A stretch of DNA of 64,000 nucleotides from an uncultured archaeon (GTDB lineage Archaea > Iainarchaeota > Iainarchaeia > Iainarchaeales > GCA-2688035). The notes beneath the pieces are model-generated. The model saw nothing but the letters and a program-made list of their open reading frames with translations. It searched no databases and was not told the origin of the DNA. This document shows, one piece after another, positions 1 to 9,982 of this stretch. The stretch's first letter is position 1, and every line of letters begins with the position of its first letter. The position numbers were made by a program, and so were the translations under genes. The stretch is from positions 68,532 to 132,531 of the forward strand of contig CAYHBD010000016.1 of the NCBI GenBank assembly GCA_964354805.1, in the 5' to 3' direction.

Positions 1-1752
1 CTCCCTGTCAAGAACGCTGTCAAGTTTGTTCACTCTTGGCCTTTTGCTGTTCTTGTCCCTGCGCAGAGTAATCCCTAATTGCTGCAGCAGCCTGTTCATG
101 CCCTCCTCCATTGAAAAAGGTCCTTCCGCTTTTCCGTTTCTTGCTGCTTCTCCCGAGAAAACCATTAACCTGTCAGCAATGTAATCAAGGAAAAGCAAAT
201 CGTGGTCTACAATGAAAGCGCTTTTTCCCTTCACATCAACAACGCTTCTAATTGCCTTTGCAACAGCCAGCCTCTGCTCTACATCCAAATGCGCTGAAGG
301 TTCATCCATTAAAATCAAATCGCTTTCCTTTAAAAGAGTTGAAGCAATTGCGCACCTTTGCAGCTCTCCCCCGCTCAATGTGTCAAGGCTTTTTTCCATT
401 AATGCATCAATTGCGAGAGGCCTTATTACGTTGCTTTGCACGCCTGCATCGCTTAAATCAACTTTTTCCCGCAACAGCATTTCCTGTACTGTTTCCCTGC
501 TTTCAACTGAAAGATACTGCGGTTTATACACGACTTTTAGATGCAAATCCACTTTGCAATTGTCCGGCTTTATTTCGCCTGCCAGCATTTTGACAAAGGT
601 TGTTTTTCCTGTTGCATTGGGTCCTAAAATGCCAACCACTTCATTTCTATTAATGCTGTTTGCGTCAGCGTGCAATTCAAATCTGCCTAATTTTTTCCGC
701 AAAGCAGGCCATTGCACTAATATGTCGCCATGCCTTGTTTTTTTGGCTTCCCTTTCGCTGAATTCAATTGCATATGACCTGAACCTGTAATTCTCTTCCT
801 TGCTGTATCCATCCAGGTAAGTGTTTATTCCCTCTCTTGTTGTTTTCACCTGGCTCACTATTCCGAAAACAGCAGGCTTCCCGTACATTAAGTGCACGAA
901 ATCGCTCAAATAATCAAGCAAAATCAAATCATGCTCTACAACGATTACGCTTTTCCCGCTTTCAGCAATCTTTCTGATAAAAGCGCCAACATTCATCCTC
1001 TGCCTTATGTCCAGATAGCTGCTTGGCTCATCAAAAAAATAAACATCAGCTTCCTTTAATGCAGCTGCAGCAATCGCTGTCTTCTGCAGCTCGCCACCTG
1101 AAAGCTCGGAAACCTTCTGCTGCATTATTGGCTCAATCTGCAATTCAGCGGCAATTTCCCGCAATTTTTTCCTTTCATCAACCCTGCGCAGCAAATCAGC
1201 AACTCGTCCATGCACAATCTTTGGCAGCTTATCAACAGCCTGTGGTTTCACGCTTGCCCTTATTTTGCCTGCGCTCAATTTTTCAAAAAACGCCTGCTCT
1301 TCTTTTCCCCTGAAGAATTCAATCACTTTCTGCCAGCTTGGCTTTTCATCCGCTGTCCCAAGATTTGGAACAAGCTCAGTGCTCAGAATGCGCAGTGCTG
1401 TTGTTTTTCCAATGCCGTTCTGCCCAACCAATCCAACAACATTCCCTTGCCTTGGCAACGGCAGCCTGTGCAGCCTGAACATATTTTTTCCAAAGCAGTG
1501 AACAGGCTGCTTTAGTGAAATCGACAAATTCACTATGCTGATTGCGTTGAATGGGCATTTTTTTTCGCAGATTAGGCAGCCTATGCACAAGTCCTCGCTG
1601 ATGTTCGGCTTCTCGTTTTCAGCGTGTGAAATGCATTGCTTGGCTGCTCTGTTCACTGGGCAAACCTGCTCGCAAAGCCAATTCCCGCATTTTTTCGGAT
1701 TGCATTTGTCATAGTTTATTACAGCAATCCTCTGCCTAATGTCCTGCTTCAT
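1..1752 (-). CDS. abcE1: ABCE1 / RNase L inhibitor-type ribosome-recycling ATPase; C-terminal end runs off the window (absent from the supplied ORF track because no stop is reached)
   Basis: Own translation from ATG at 1750-1752 (minus): MKQDIRQRIAVINYDKCNPKKCGNWLCEQVCPVNR...EDLCIGCLICEKKCPFNAI (two 4Fe-4S Cys clusters). Then Walker A GLVGQNGIGKTT, signature SGGELQK, second Walker A GILGPNATGKTT and SGGELQR. The frame stays open to base 1. Confidence 0.9.
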   Translation of the reverse strand, partial: MKQDIRQRIAVINYDKCNPKKCGNWLCEQVCPVNRAAKQCISHAENEKPNISEDLCIGCLICEKKCPFNAISIVNLSISLKQPVHCFGKNMFRLHRLPLPRQGNVVGLVGQNGIGKTTALRILSTELVPNLGTADEKPSWQKVIEFFRGKEEQAFFEKLSAGKIRASVKPQAVDKLPKIVHGRVADLLRRVDERKKLREIAAELQIEPIMQQKVSELSGGELQKTAIAAAALKEADVYFFDEPSSYLDIRQRMNVGAFIRKIAESGKSVIVVEHDLILLDYLSDFVHLMYGKPAVFGIVSQVKTTREGINTYLDGYSKEENYRFRSYAIEFSEREAKKTRHGDILVQWPALRKKLGRFELHADANSINRNEVVGILGPNATGKTTFVKMLAGEIKPDNCKVDLHLKVVYKPQYLSVESRETVQEMLLREKVDLSDAGVQSNVIRPLAIDALMEKSLDTLSGGELQRCAIASTLLKESDLILMDEPSAHLDVEQRLAVAKAIRSVVDVKGKSAFIVDHDLLFLDYIADRLMVFSGEAARNGKAEGPFSMEEGMNRLLQQLGITLRRDKNSKRPRVNKLDSVLDRE

Positions 1753-1863
1753 AGTAAAATAAGTTAAGGGAGTTGAACAAATAAATACCTTTGCCCTACT
1801 TTGGCTTCGGCTATTCCAGTTATTGCTGCTATTTAAGAAAAAGAAAAAAAGAGAGCACTGCTT

Positions 1864-3369
1864 TTACCAGTAATAGCGGTGCTCCACTGTGTAAGTTACT
1901 GTTTTGCTTCCATTTGCAGGCACTTTTACAGTGAATTCTATTGTGCTGCCTGTTTTCTTTTCAAATGCATCGCTGTTTTTTGTTATTTCCCAGCTTGAGC
2001 CAACATATTCGTGCACTACTACCTCTGCCTCGCTATCCTTGTGGTTCCGCAGCTGTATTTCATAGCTATGCCTATAGTAGCCTACTGCCAGGTTTGTTGA
2101 CTCTGTTTGCTTTCTCTCTCCAACAATGTCAAATGCATCCCCAAGATACAGGTTCACTTCCTCGTCCTTTGCTGTGTGGTCAATCAGGTCTTCTCCAACA
2201 AACTGCAATTGGCCTTCGCTGTCAGCTTTGTATACCCTAACCTTTCCTTTTGGCAAAGGCAATCCCATTCCCTGTTGTTCGCTGTTCTTGAAATTAAGTT
2301 TTGTTTGAACCTTTGTCCCTTGCATTGCTCCATCATAGTAGAATATCTTTTTCACTGGAACGCCCTCTGCAGCCAAAAGCGCAATCTGCTTTACCTCATT
2401 GTTCATTACATCAGTTTTCCTGCCCAAAGTGTACATATGGTATTCAAACAGCCCTTCCTCTACAAACTGTTGTGGGGCAGCACCTGAAACCGCCCTGTCA
2501 TATGCGTACTCCTCTTTGTACGTTTGTTCCACTACTCTGTGGACATCTCCTGCAACCAATTTCAATTTTGTGTCCGGATAGTTTGTTCCGCTCTTGTTGT
2601 CAATGCTTACCCAGCCCTTGAAATCCATTGCTGTGTCGCCTGCATTTACTTTTGCAATGTATTCCGCGTGCCATAGTATGCCGTCTGTAAGGTATGTTGT
2701 CTGGGTTTGCCTGCTTCCCTCTTTTGTTGCATACAATTTCCATATGAGCGTTGGCTTTACCCAGAGGTTTTCAGGCAGCTTTGGGAAAATGGTTCTTGCT
2801 GGATTCAGTGATACAACCCCTTCGCTTGTTTGCAAAAGAATGCCGTCACTGTAGCTTAGCAGTGTTCCTGTGTATTCTTTGGTTTTTTCGCCATCGAAGT
2901 CCAACACTGTTATTTCTTTGTCCAAGTATTTTTGCAACAGCTTTTCCCTTGAAACAAGGTCATACTCATAGTTCTGTTCAATAACTGTCGTGTCAGAGTA
3001 TTGCATGTCCTGGAAGAAAACACTGGTTGGATCGATTTTTGCTGCAACATCAGTGTATTTTACCAGGTTTACGCCCTCTTTCAGGGAAAGGTTTCTTATT
3101 TCCTTTACTAAAGCAAAATTCTGGTTGTAGATTGTCAGCTCTGTTCCCTCTTTCTGGTCACTGGTTTCTTCTGCCGCGAATCTTGCAACAACAGCCTGCG
3201 GTTTTTCGCTTGAAACAACATAGGCAACCTCCTTGATGTCTATTGCCGGTATGTCAACTCTTCTGCCGCCTGGCTGTTGCTCGATTTCAGTTGGGTTGAT
3301 TAAAACAACAGCAGAGACAATTATCACTGCAATTAAAATGCCTGCAATAATGTACTGTGGCTTGTTCAA
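1864..3369 (-). CDS. Membrane-anchored hypothetical protein, DUF4139/DUF4140-like
   Basis: 501-aa ORF with an N-terminal TM helix (IIAGILIAVIIVSAVVL). The beta-rich body (LTIYNQNFALVKEIR...) resembles the DUF4139 family from memory. No catalytic motif recognised. Confidence 0.45.
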   Translation of the reverse strand: MNKPQYIIAGILIAVIIVSAVVLINPTEIEQQPGGRRVDIPAIDIKEVAYVVSSEKPQAVVARFAAEETSDQKEGTELTIYNQNFALVKEIRNLSLKEGVNLVKYTDVAAKIDPTSVFFQDMQYSDTTVIEQNYEYDLVSREKLLQKYLDKEITVLDFDGEKTKEYTGTLLSYSDGILLQTSEGVVSLNPARTIFPKLPENLWVKPTLIWKLYATKEGSRQTQTTYLTDGILWHAEYIAKVNAGDTAMDFKGWVSIDNKSGTNYPDTKLKLVAGDVHRVVEQTYKEEYAYDRAVSGAAPQQFVEEGLFEYHMYTLGRKTDVMNNEVKQIALLAAEGVPVKKIFYYDGAMQGTKVQTKLNFKNSEQQGMGLPLPKGKVRVYKADSEGQLQFVGEDLIDHTAKDEEVNLYLGDAFDIVGERKQTESTNLAVGYYRHSYEIQLRNHKDSEAEVVVHEYVGSSWEITKNSDAFEKKTGSTIEFTVKVPANGSKTVTYTVEHRYYW

Positions 3370-3484
3370 ATTGAATCACCAGCAAATAATTGGCGTTTCT
3401 CCAATTTAACCTTTTCGCTTTTGTAAGTGAGCAAAATCGCAGCCAAAAACTATTTTAAACCATTTTCGCCCAAAATTCCCTATC

Positions 3485-4267
3485 ATGCGTAAAAGCAAAA
3501 ACTGCAATCCAGAAATTGAAAAGCTCACCTTTACTTTCATAACTGCAATTGAAAACAGCTGCAAGGGAGTGCAAAAGGCAGCAGTTCTATTCAGCGGGGG
3601 CGTAGATTCAGCACTGGTTGCAAAAGCAGTGAGTGCGCAAGTAACCCAAACCACTTTATTTGTATCAGGCTTTTCAGGGAGCAGTGCGTTAAGCGCTGCA
3701 GAGCAGGGAGCAAAGCAACTGCGCCTGCCCCTTAGAAAAATAATTCTTTCAGAAAAAAAACTGAAAAACGTAATTCCAAAAATTAAAAAAATAATCAAAA
3801 CAAAGTCACCCCTGCATCTGCAGATTGCTTTGCCAATCTACTTTGCAATGCAGGGAACAAAAAAAGCCGGCTTCAAGCACATTTTCACAGGCATGGGAGC
3901 GGACGAACTGTTCCTCGGATACGATTACTTCAGAAGAGCATTTAACGGCAAAAATAGCGCTGCAATTAAAAAGCTGCAGAAAGAAAAGCTCGCTTCCTTC
4001 TGGAAAACGGATTTCGCCAGAGATAGCGCAATCGCAAGGGCGCTTGGATTGCGCTTGCATGTCCCCTTTCTTTTCCCCGCATTTATGAAGGCAGCGCTTG
4101 CATTCCCTGTAAAGCAGAATTTGCGTGGCAAAAACGATTTGCTGCGTAAGCACGCGCTGCGCTCCCTTGCGCTGCAATTTGGCATTCCGCAGGAAATCGC
4201 TTTCAAAAGAAAAAAAGCAGTGCAATACGACAGCGGAGTGAGCAAAGTGGTGAAGAGACTGCTTTAA
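3485..4267 (+). CDS. PP-loop ATP pyrophosphatase, asparagine-synthase-like C-terminal domain only
   Basis: PP-loop motif VLFSGGVDSALVA and GMGADELFLGYDYF. No glutaminase N-domain in the ORF. Confidence 0.6.
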   Translation: MRKSKNCNPEIEKLTFTFITAIENSCKGVQKAAVLFSGGVDSALVAKAVSAQVTQTTLFVSGFSGSSALSAAEQGAKQLRLPLRKIILSEKKLKNVIPKIKKIIKTKSPLHLQIALPIYFAMQGTKKAGFKHIFTGMGADELFLGYDYFRRAFNGKNSAAIKKLQKEKLASFWKTDFARDSAIARALGLRLHVPFLFPAFMKAALAFPVKQNLRGKNDLLRKHALRSLALQFGIPQEIAFKRKKAVQYDSGVSKVVKRLL

Positions 4268-4812
4268 GGGGCATTGCACAAGTTGTTCGCAGAAGTAGAT
4301 GGTATCTTATCAACCTCACACAGATTAGACTTGTCATCCTTAACATCTATTTTGCAACTAGGGGCTGGGTCATAATTTGCACTTTTGTTAAATTGTACTT
4401 TGTCTTTTTCGTATTCAATTTTAATGCCATCGAGAGTTTTTTCACAATAGATATCAACATCAACCTGTATATTTCCAATTACATTAACATTATCCACATG
4501 ACAGTTTTCTAGCGATGCATCATCAAGTGTTGACCTAAAATACCCGCTAGTGTTATCCCCTAAAGTGGCTTTAATTGAAGCCATGTTCTTTGTGCAGCCA
4601 TTTTTAAAGCCATCATCTGCTATTGCATCACTTGCACTTTTGTCAAGCAAATACCTGGCGGTCAGCCATTCTCTTTTCAAATCAATTATTGCTTTGGCAT
4701 AGTCTTTTTCGCTTTGTGCTCTAACCATTGCACTTGAATTGAATGCAACAGCAATAATTACCACTATTGCAATCGATGCGATTACTCCGCTGTAAGCTCC
4801 TTTCCTATTCAT
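4264..4812 (-). CDS. Type IV pilin-like protein (class III signal peptide), minor pilin candidate
   Basis: N-terminus MNRKG/AYSGVIASIAIVVIIAVAF. Last gene of a 4-gene overlapping operon of pilin-like ORFs. Confidence 0.55.
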   Translation of the reverse strand: MNRKGAYSGVIASIAIVVIIAVAFNSSAMVRAQSEKDYAKAIIDLKREWLTARYLLDKSASDAIADDGFKNGCTKNMASIKATLGDNTSGYFRSTLDDASLENCHVDNVNVIGNIQVDVDIYCEKTLDGIKIEYEKDKVQFNKSANYDPAPSCKIDVKDDKSNLCEVDKIPSTSANNLCNAP

Positions 4813-5129
4813 GCATCCTCACAAAAAACCTTTGGGGTTAATGTTTCCCTGCTCCTCAAATCGTTTGCTTTTGGATCTAGCAGTAATTCATAGACCGTCA
4901 CGCATTCACCGTATTCTTTTCCACTAAAGTTATGGCTCTCACCTAGCTGATTTAAATAAAAGCCAGTGATTGCTTGGTCCTCTGCCTGTTGCCTCAAAGA
5001 GCTTGAAATGTCTCCTTTCTCTGGCAGCGCATTTTGCTGAGCTGCAAGCGCTACAGCAAGCACTATAACCAAAATTAATGCAAGAACCGCATCCATTGTA
5101 AAAAGAAAACCCTTTTTCATATCTTCCAC
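4809..5129 (-). CDS. Type IV pilin-like protein (class III signal peptide)
   Basis: MEDMKKG/FLFTMDAVLALILVIVLAVALAA. 4-nt overlap with the downstream gene and 13-nt overlap with the upstream gene. Confidence 0.6.
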   Translation of the reverse strand: MEDMKKGFLFTMDAVLALILVIVLAVALAAQQNALPEKGDISSSLRQQAEDQAITGFYLNQLGESHNFSGKEYGECVTVYELLLDPKANDLRSRETLTPKVFCEDA

Positions 5130-5593
5130 ACCCTTATGCTGATTGGAATTGCTCCGGCAGAGGTGAATGTTCCCTTTTCAAAATTCTCTTTTGTTATTGG
5201 CCCATTATTTGTTACAACCAATCGTTTTGTTTCATAGAAGTCTTCCCCATTATAAGCTGTGCCGCAATTAGAATTCGCCCTAGTGCTGCTGATTTTATAA
5301 CAGTACCCGCTTGGAAATAAGTTCCCAAAACTACCAATTGTACTTTCATCTATACAATTAACCAAAAATACCTTTGCCGGTCCACCAAGGCTTTGGATTT
5401 CGCAGGTTGTGCCATCGCTCGCAACCAACAAATCAGCAGCCGTCTCCGCCACCTGTTTCAATTCATCATGCAATTGCTGTTCTTTTTGGCTGTATGCGTT
5501 CACTTCAATGCTGTGAATCAGCAAGGCGATTGCTGCTGTTACTGCAACCATTGAGATAATGAAATCCAAGCTGAATAACTGCCCTTTCTGCAT
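5117..5593 (-). CDS. Type IV pilin-like protein (class III signal peptide)
   Basis: MQKG/QLFSLDFIISMVAVTAAIALL. Confidence 0.65.
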   Translation of the reverse strand: MQKGQLFSLDFIISMVAVTAAIALLIHSIEVNAYSQKEQQLHDELKQVAETAADLLVASDGTTCEIQSLGGPAKVFLVNCIDESTIGSFGNLFPSGYCYKISSTRANSNCGTAYNGEDFYETKRLVVTNNGPITKENFEKGTFTSAGAIPISIRVWKI

Positions 5594-5604
5594 TTTTCAA
5601 TCAC

Positions 5605-6018
5605 TTATTTTGATATTGTTATTAACTCTCCGCATTTTGCTGTGCCAGGCACGTTTGTAATTCCTGCTGGATTAACAAATTTTTTTAATACGCTCACTAC
5701 TGGTTCGGCAGCATACCCTAAAGTTATAATTCCATTGCCTCTGTCAATGCTGACATCGCACGGCTGCAGCTTCTCTTCTCCGGGAACAGCTATTTTTGGA
5801 ATTGTGTAAGAAATGCTTGTGCCAGCTGCCCCATCACTTAATGCAGATGAGGTTGAAATTATTGCCGCAAGCGTGTTTCCGATTGAGTCAAGCTGCTGCC
5901 TTATTGTGCTGCTTTTCTGGGTTTCAATTATTGTGCTGCCGACTGCTGCAATTGAGCCTAATACAACTAACGCTACAACTATTGTGAGAATAAAATCCAA
6001 GCTGACCTGGCCGCGCAT
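5605..6018 (-). CDS. Type IV pilin-like protein (class III signal peptide, QxSxD/E motif)
   Basis: MRG/QVSLDFILTIVVALVVLGSIAAV. Confidence 0.7.
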   Translation of the reverse strand: MRGQVSLDFILTIVVALVVLGSIAAVGSTIIETQKSSTIRQQLDSIGNTLAAIISTSSALSDGAAGTSISYTIPKIAVPGEEKLQPCDVSIDRGNGIITLGYAAEPVVSVLKKFVNPAGITNVPGTAKCGELITISK

Positions 6019-6054
6019 TTCAGTTAAACAATATGTTTTCTCTGTTTTTAAGAA

Positions 6055-7569
6055 TTAGCCTTCTATCAAACTGCTGCCAGTCATCTCTTTTGGCTTACTT
6101 ATTCCCATTAATTCAAGAACAGTTGGCCCAATGTCCTGCAGGCCTGCTCCCTTGCGCAGTTTCGCTTTCAGCAACGCTGGCTCGTTTGAAACAAGAATAA
6201 ATGGAACATCATTCACCGTGTGCGATGTCTGCCACTGCTTGCTTTTGTCTTCAAGGTTCCCGTGGTCAGCGAAAATGAACAAAACATAATCCTTTTCCAG
6301 CCCGGCTGCAACAATTCTGCCAACGCATTGGTCAACGGTTTCCGCAGCTTTCAAGCAGGCTTCCCATTTGCCAGTGTGCCCGACAAGGTCGCCGTTCACC
6401 AAATTTACTGCAATAAAATCATAACAATTTTTTCCTATTTCCTGCACTAATTTGTCTGTTACTTCAAATGCGCTCATTTCAGGCTGCAAATCATAAGTTG
6501 CAACCTTCGGCGATGGCACAAGCATTCTGTCTTCCCCCTTGCTCGGCTCTTCAATCTGCCCGTTGAAAAAGAACGTAACATGCGCGTACTTCTCTGTTTC
6601 CGAAATGCGCAGCTGTCGCAGCCCAGCCTTGCTTATCACTTTCCCAAGAAGGTTTTTGATTTGAATGTCCTCGAACGCAACCAGTGCATTCATTGGTTTG
6701 TAGAAAGATGTCATTGCAACAAAGCAAACCTGCAATGGCTTTCTTTCCCATCCTGGAAATTCTTTTTCAACAATTGCCTGCGTTAATTGCCTTGTCCTGT
6801 CCGTCCTGTAATTATAGAAAATGATTGAATCGTTTTCCTGCACTCCCTTGTAGCCTTTTGCTTTTCTTGGCACAATGAATTCATCCGTTTTTCCCTTGGA
6901 ATAGCATTGCCCGATTTCCTTTTCAATCTCCTCAAACTCGCTTTCGCACTCTCCCCTTGCAATGCAATCGTATGCCTTTTTTGTCCTCTCCCATCGCTTG
7001 TCCCTGTCCATTGTGTAATATCTTCCGCTCAATGTCGCGATTTTTCCAACTCCGAACTGCTTAATCTTCTTCTTTAACAGCTTAATATGTTTCACGCCAT
7101 CATTCACCTGGGCATCTCTGCCATCAGTGATAACATGCACAAGCACATCAGAAAATTTTTGCTTTTTGCATAAGAGAAGCAGCGCATGCAGGTGGTTTTC
7201 ATGAGCGTGGACTCCTTCGCTCTGCAGTAATCCAATCAAGTGCAGCCTTGTTTTGTTTCGCCTGCAGTTTTCAATCGCTTTAAGAAAAGCAGGATTTTTA
7301 AAAAACTCGCCTTTTGCAATCGCGTTGTTTATTCTCTCCATAGGCTGCCAAATAATTCTCCCACTGCCAATGGTTAAATGCCCAACCTCGCTATTTCCCT
7401 GATAGCCCTTTCCCAAGCCAACTGCCTCACCGCTGCATTTAAGCAAAGTGTTTGGATATTCTTGCATCAGCCTATTAGTGTTTGGAGTTTTTGCTGCAGC
7501 AATCGCATTCTGCTCTTTCTTTGGATTAAAGCCCCAGCCGTCCCTTATTACTAAAATGACTTTTTTCAT
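6055..7569 (-). CDS. gpmI: 2,3-bisphosphoglycerate-independent phosphoglycerate mutase (bacterial-type iPGM)
   Basis: 504 aa. Motifs VILVIRDGWG, GNSEVGHLTIGSGR, ITDGRD and ADHGN, characteristic of GpmI. Confidence 0.9.
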   Translation of the reverse strand: MKKVILVIRDGWGFNPKKEQNAIAAAKTPNTNRLMQEYPNTLLKCSGEAVGLGKGYQGNSEVGHLTIGSGRIIWQPMERINNAIAKGEFFKNPAFLKAIENCRRNKTRLHLIGLLQSEGVHAHENHLHALLLLCKKQKFSDVLVHVITDGRDAQVNDGVKHIKLLKKKIKQFGVGKIATLSGRYYTMDRDKRWERTKKAYDCIARGECESEFEEIEKEIGQCYSKGKTDEFIVPRKAKGYKGVQENDSIIFYNYRTDRTRQLTQAIVEKEFPGWERKPLQVCFVAMTSFYKPMNALVAFEDIQIKNLLGKVISKAGLRQLRISETEKYAHVTFFFNGQIEEPSKGEDRMLVPSPKVATYDLQPEMSAFEVTDKLVQEIGKNCYDFIAVNLVNGDLVGHTGKWEACLKAAETVDQCVGRIVAAGLEKDYVLFIFADHGNLEDKSKQWQTSHTVNDVPFILVSNEPALLKAKLRKGAGLQDIGPTVLELMGISKPKEMTGSSLIEG

Positions 7570-7937
7570 TCCACCACTTCCAATTGCAGCTGCTTTCCGC
7601 TTGCATCAAATGCCCTCACGCTTTCAAAAGAGAAAGGATAGGCAATTATTAAATGTATTTCCCCCATTGCCCTGAATGCGGCAAGGTCTCCCCTGGAAGG
7701 GGAAGCGCTTGGCCCAGGGTGCGAGTGAACGCTGCCAATTGCCCCGCTTGTATAAGGCAGCAAATCCAGCCTGATTGAGCTGAATGTTTCGCCAAATGTT
7801 GCGGGCAGAATAATAAATTCGTCAATTACGCTGCTTTTCTTCTCCCTGCGCCCAAGCAGTGCAATGAACTCGTGCGGATAAGTGTTTTGCGCAGCAACAA
7901 CAAGCGCCTGCAAGGTTTGCTTTTTTATTTTGACCAC
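7566..7937 (-). CDS. JAMM/MPN+ domain metalloprotease
   Basis: JAMM motif GSVHSHPGPSASPSRGDL (HxHx7Sx2D) with an upstream E (PHEFIALL). 4-nt overlap with gpmI. Confidence 0.75.
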   Translation of the reverse strand: MVKIKKQTLQALVVAAQNTYPHEFIALLGRREKKSSVIDEFIILPATFGETFSSIRLDLLPYTSGAIGSVHSHPGPSASPSRGDLAAFRAMGEIHLIIAYPFSFESVRAFDASGKQLQLEVVE

Positions 7938-9146
7938 TCACAGCCCCAAGTAGAATAAAATTGTGGGAATCATTAAAAATGCCATGCTGTTTGTTCTCCG
8001 CGTGTCAGTGCTTAGAATGAGAAGGCCAATTGCAGTAGCGGTTATGTAGAAGATGATGCCTGTTGCTCCGCTGAATATTGCAACCATTGCCGTCAGGAAC
8101 ACAAGCACAATTGAATTTATTTTTTTGTAGTTAATCAAATGGATTTTTTTCAGCGCCTTTTTTGCAATCAAATCAGTTGCAATCGCTGCAATGCCCAATG
8201 CAATCAATGAAGCTGCAACAACGTAAAGCAATTCCTCGCTGCCGAATGGCATTATTTGTTTCATTGCCGCTGCGCTCCCTGTCCTTGTTTTCCCCCAGGC
8301 AAACAAAACAAAGAACGACAGCACCATTGTTGCTGTGTTTACGCCTCCAAGCAGCAGCAGGTAATCCGCTGTTTTTATTTTTCCAACAAATTTCCTTATT
8401 ATGAACGCTGCCTGGTTTGAGCCAATCGCCGGCATTAGAGAAACAATTGCCGCCCCGACCAATGCAAGAACGCTGCTGCGCAGCAATCTGCTTTTTTCAA
8501 TGAAAAATTCACCAATATGCTGTTCCACCATGCACTGTTTTTGCCTGATGCTGTAAATCAGTGTGCTTGAGCCAAAGAATCCTGTTGAAAGGCAGAACAA
8601 GGAATTCTGCAGCGAAAAGCTGCTTTCCAATGCAATCAATCCAAGTACTCCGCTTAATGCGATTATTGCGCAGGCCCATGCTTTCTTTTGCCTGCCTTTT
8701 TCGCCCCAAATCATTATTGCAAGGACCGCAATCAACACAAAAGGGATTATTGTTGTAAGAAACTGCTTGCTTCTCTCTGTGAACAAAATAAAAATCGGGG
8801 CAATTGCTATTGCAGCCAAGCCGGCTGCCAGGCCGCCGACAATAGTCATCCTTATTGCAATAAATCCTTTTCCCTGCAGCAGCAGCCTGTGCCCAGGCAG
8901 CACTGAAAGAAAGCTTTCGCTGTCAGGCGCCCCCAAAAGAATTGATGGAACAAAGTCAACAAAGCTCTGCGTTACACTCATTGCTGCAAGCATCAGAACA
9001 AAGCCCAGATTGTTTGTTGCAGCAAAGCCAACAGCCAAAACAGCGATTGTGTTCGCGTGCAATCCCGGAATCAGCCCGGCAATTATTCCAAGAACGCAGC
9101 CCAACAAAACAAACAGCAGCAGCTCTATTACCATTTTTTTAACCAC
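7938..9146 (-). CDS. Polytopic membrane protein, TctA/DUF112-like
   Basis: 402 aa with about 10 TM segments. GLIPGLHANTIAVL and ILLGAPDSESFLSVLPGHRLLLQGKG resemble TctA-family motifs (from memory). Confidence 0.5.
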   Translation of the reverse strand: MVKKMVIELLLFVLLGCVLGIIAGLIPGLHANTIAVLAVGFAATNNLGFVLMLAAMSVTQSFVDFVPSILLGAPDSESFLSVLPGHRLLLQGKGFIAIRMTIVGGLAAGLAAIAIAPIFILFTERSKQFLTTIIPFVLIAVLAIMIWGEKGRQKKAWACAIIALSGVLGLIALESSFSLQNSLFCLSTGFFGSSTLIYSIRQKQCMVEQHIGEFFIEKSRLLRSSVLALVGAAIVSLMPAIGSNQAAFIIRKFVGKIKTADYLLLLGGVNTATMVLSFFVLFAWGKTRTGSAAAMKQIMPFGSEELLYVVAASLIALGIAAIATDLIAKKALKKIHLINYKKINSIVLVFLTAMVAIFSGATGIIFYITATAIGLLILSTDTRRTNSMAFLMIPTILFYLGL

Positions 9147-9191
9147 CTTTTTTCTTTTGGTACAGCTTTTCTTTTCCTAAAAGAAAAGGTG

Positions 9192-9551
9192 TTACCATGA
9201 TTCCACTTTTGCAACAATTATTTCCAGCGCGTTTTTGTACACCTGCACTTTTCCTGACACTGCAATAAAAGCGTTTTTCGCAATCAGCTGCCTTTGCTCT
9301 TCGCTTGGGTTAAAAATAACCGCCTGCATTTTTCCAGTGCCGTCATTCAACTGAAAAAACAAATTGTTTTGCCTGCCCCAAACAGAATCAACCCTTCCCT
9401 TTAGCAGCACGCTGCTGCCTGCCATTTGCTCATTCAATTCACCGATATTCGCGGGGGCTGGCTCAAACGCAGAGGTTAGTGCGAAAAGAAGAGCAATTCC
9501 AGCGATTGCTGAAATCAAAGCAATCCTCGCAATGTTATACTGTTGCAGCAT
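9192..9551 (-). CDS. Membrane-anchored OB-fold (tRNA_anti-like) protein
   Basis: N-terminal TM helix, then VLLKGRVDSVWGRQNNLFFQLNDGTGKMQAVIF...AVSGKVQVYKNALEI, typical of an OB-fold nucleic-acid-binding domain. Confidence 0.55.
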   Translation of the reverse strand: MLQQYNIARIALISAIAGIALLFALTSAFEPAPANIGELNEQMAGSSVLLKGRVDSVWGRQNNLFFQLNDGTGKMQAVIFNPSEEQRQLIAKNAFIAVSGKVQVYKNALEIIVAKVESW

Positions 9552-9616
9552 TCAAAAAATTCGCTTTAAGGAAAAGGTATTAAAAGAAGCAGATAATTCG
9601 CTCTTTAACGAAGCTA

Positions 9617-9982
9617 TTAGCAGGGGATTAGTGATTCATTTAGATAAATGTTAATTGTTTCAAAATTTGTTTTATCCATAATAAGATCTTTAATTGTTCC
9701 TTCACCACTCCCGGTTAAACCTAATTCACTACATGTTAGTGTATCAGGCTCAGCAGACAAATTAAAATCAATTGTTAAGCCGCTCACTGCTGGCTTTACT
9801 TCGTCAATGTACACAAAGTAATCCAGTTTGCCTGCGTTTTCCACTACCTTAACTTTCAGCAATTCCATTGCTGTTACTGAATCATTTATGTTTGTGTAAT
9901 AGCTTGCAATGGCAATGCTTCCTGCTAAAACAATCAATGCGATTATAAGCAATTCAATGCTAGTCTGCGCTCTGTCATTCAA
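9617..9982 (-). CDS. Type IV pilin-like protein (class III signal peptide, QxSxE)
   Basis: MNDRA/QTSIELLIIALIVLAGSIAIA. Confidence 0.7.
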   Translation of the reverse strand: MNDRAQTSIELLIIALIVLAGSIAIASYYTNINDSVTAMELLKVKVVENAGKLDYFVYIDEVKPAVSGLTIDFNLSAEPDTLTCSELGLTGSGEGTIKDLIMDKTNFETINIYLNESLIPC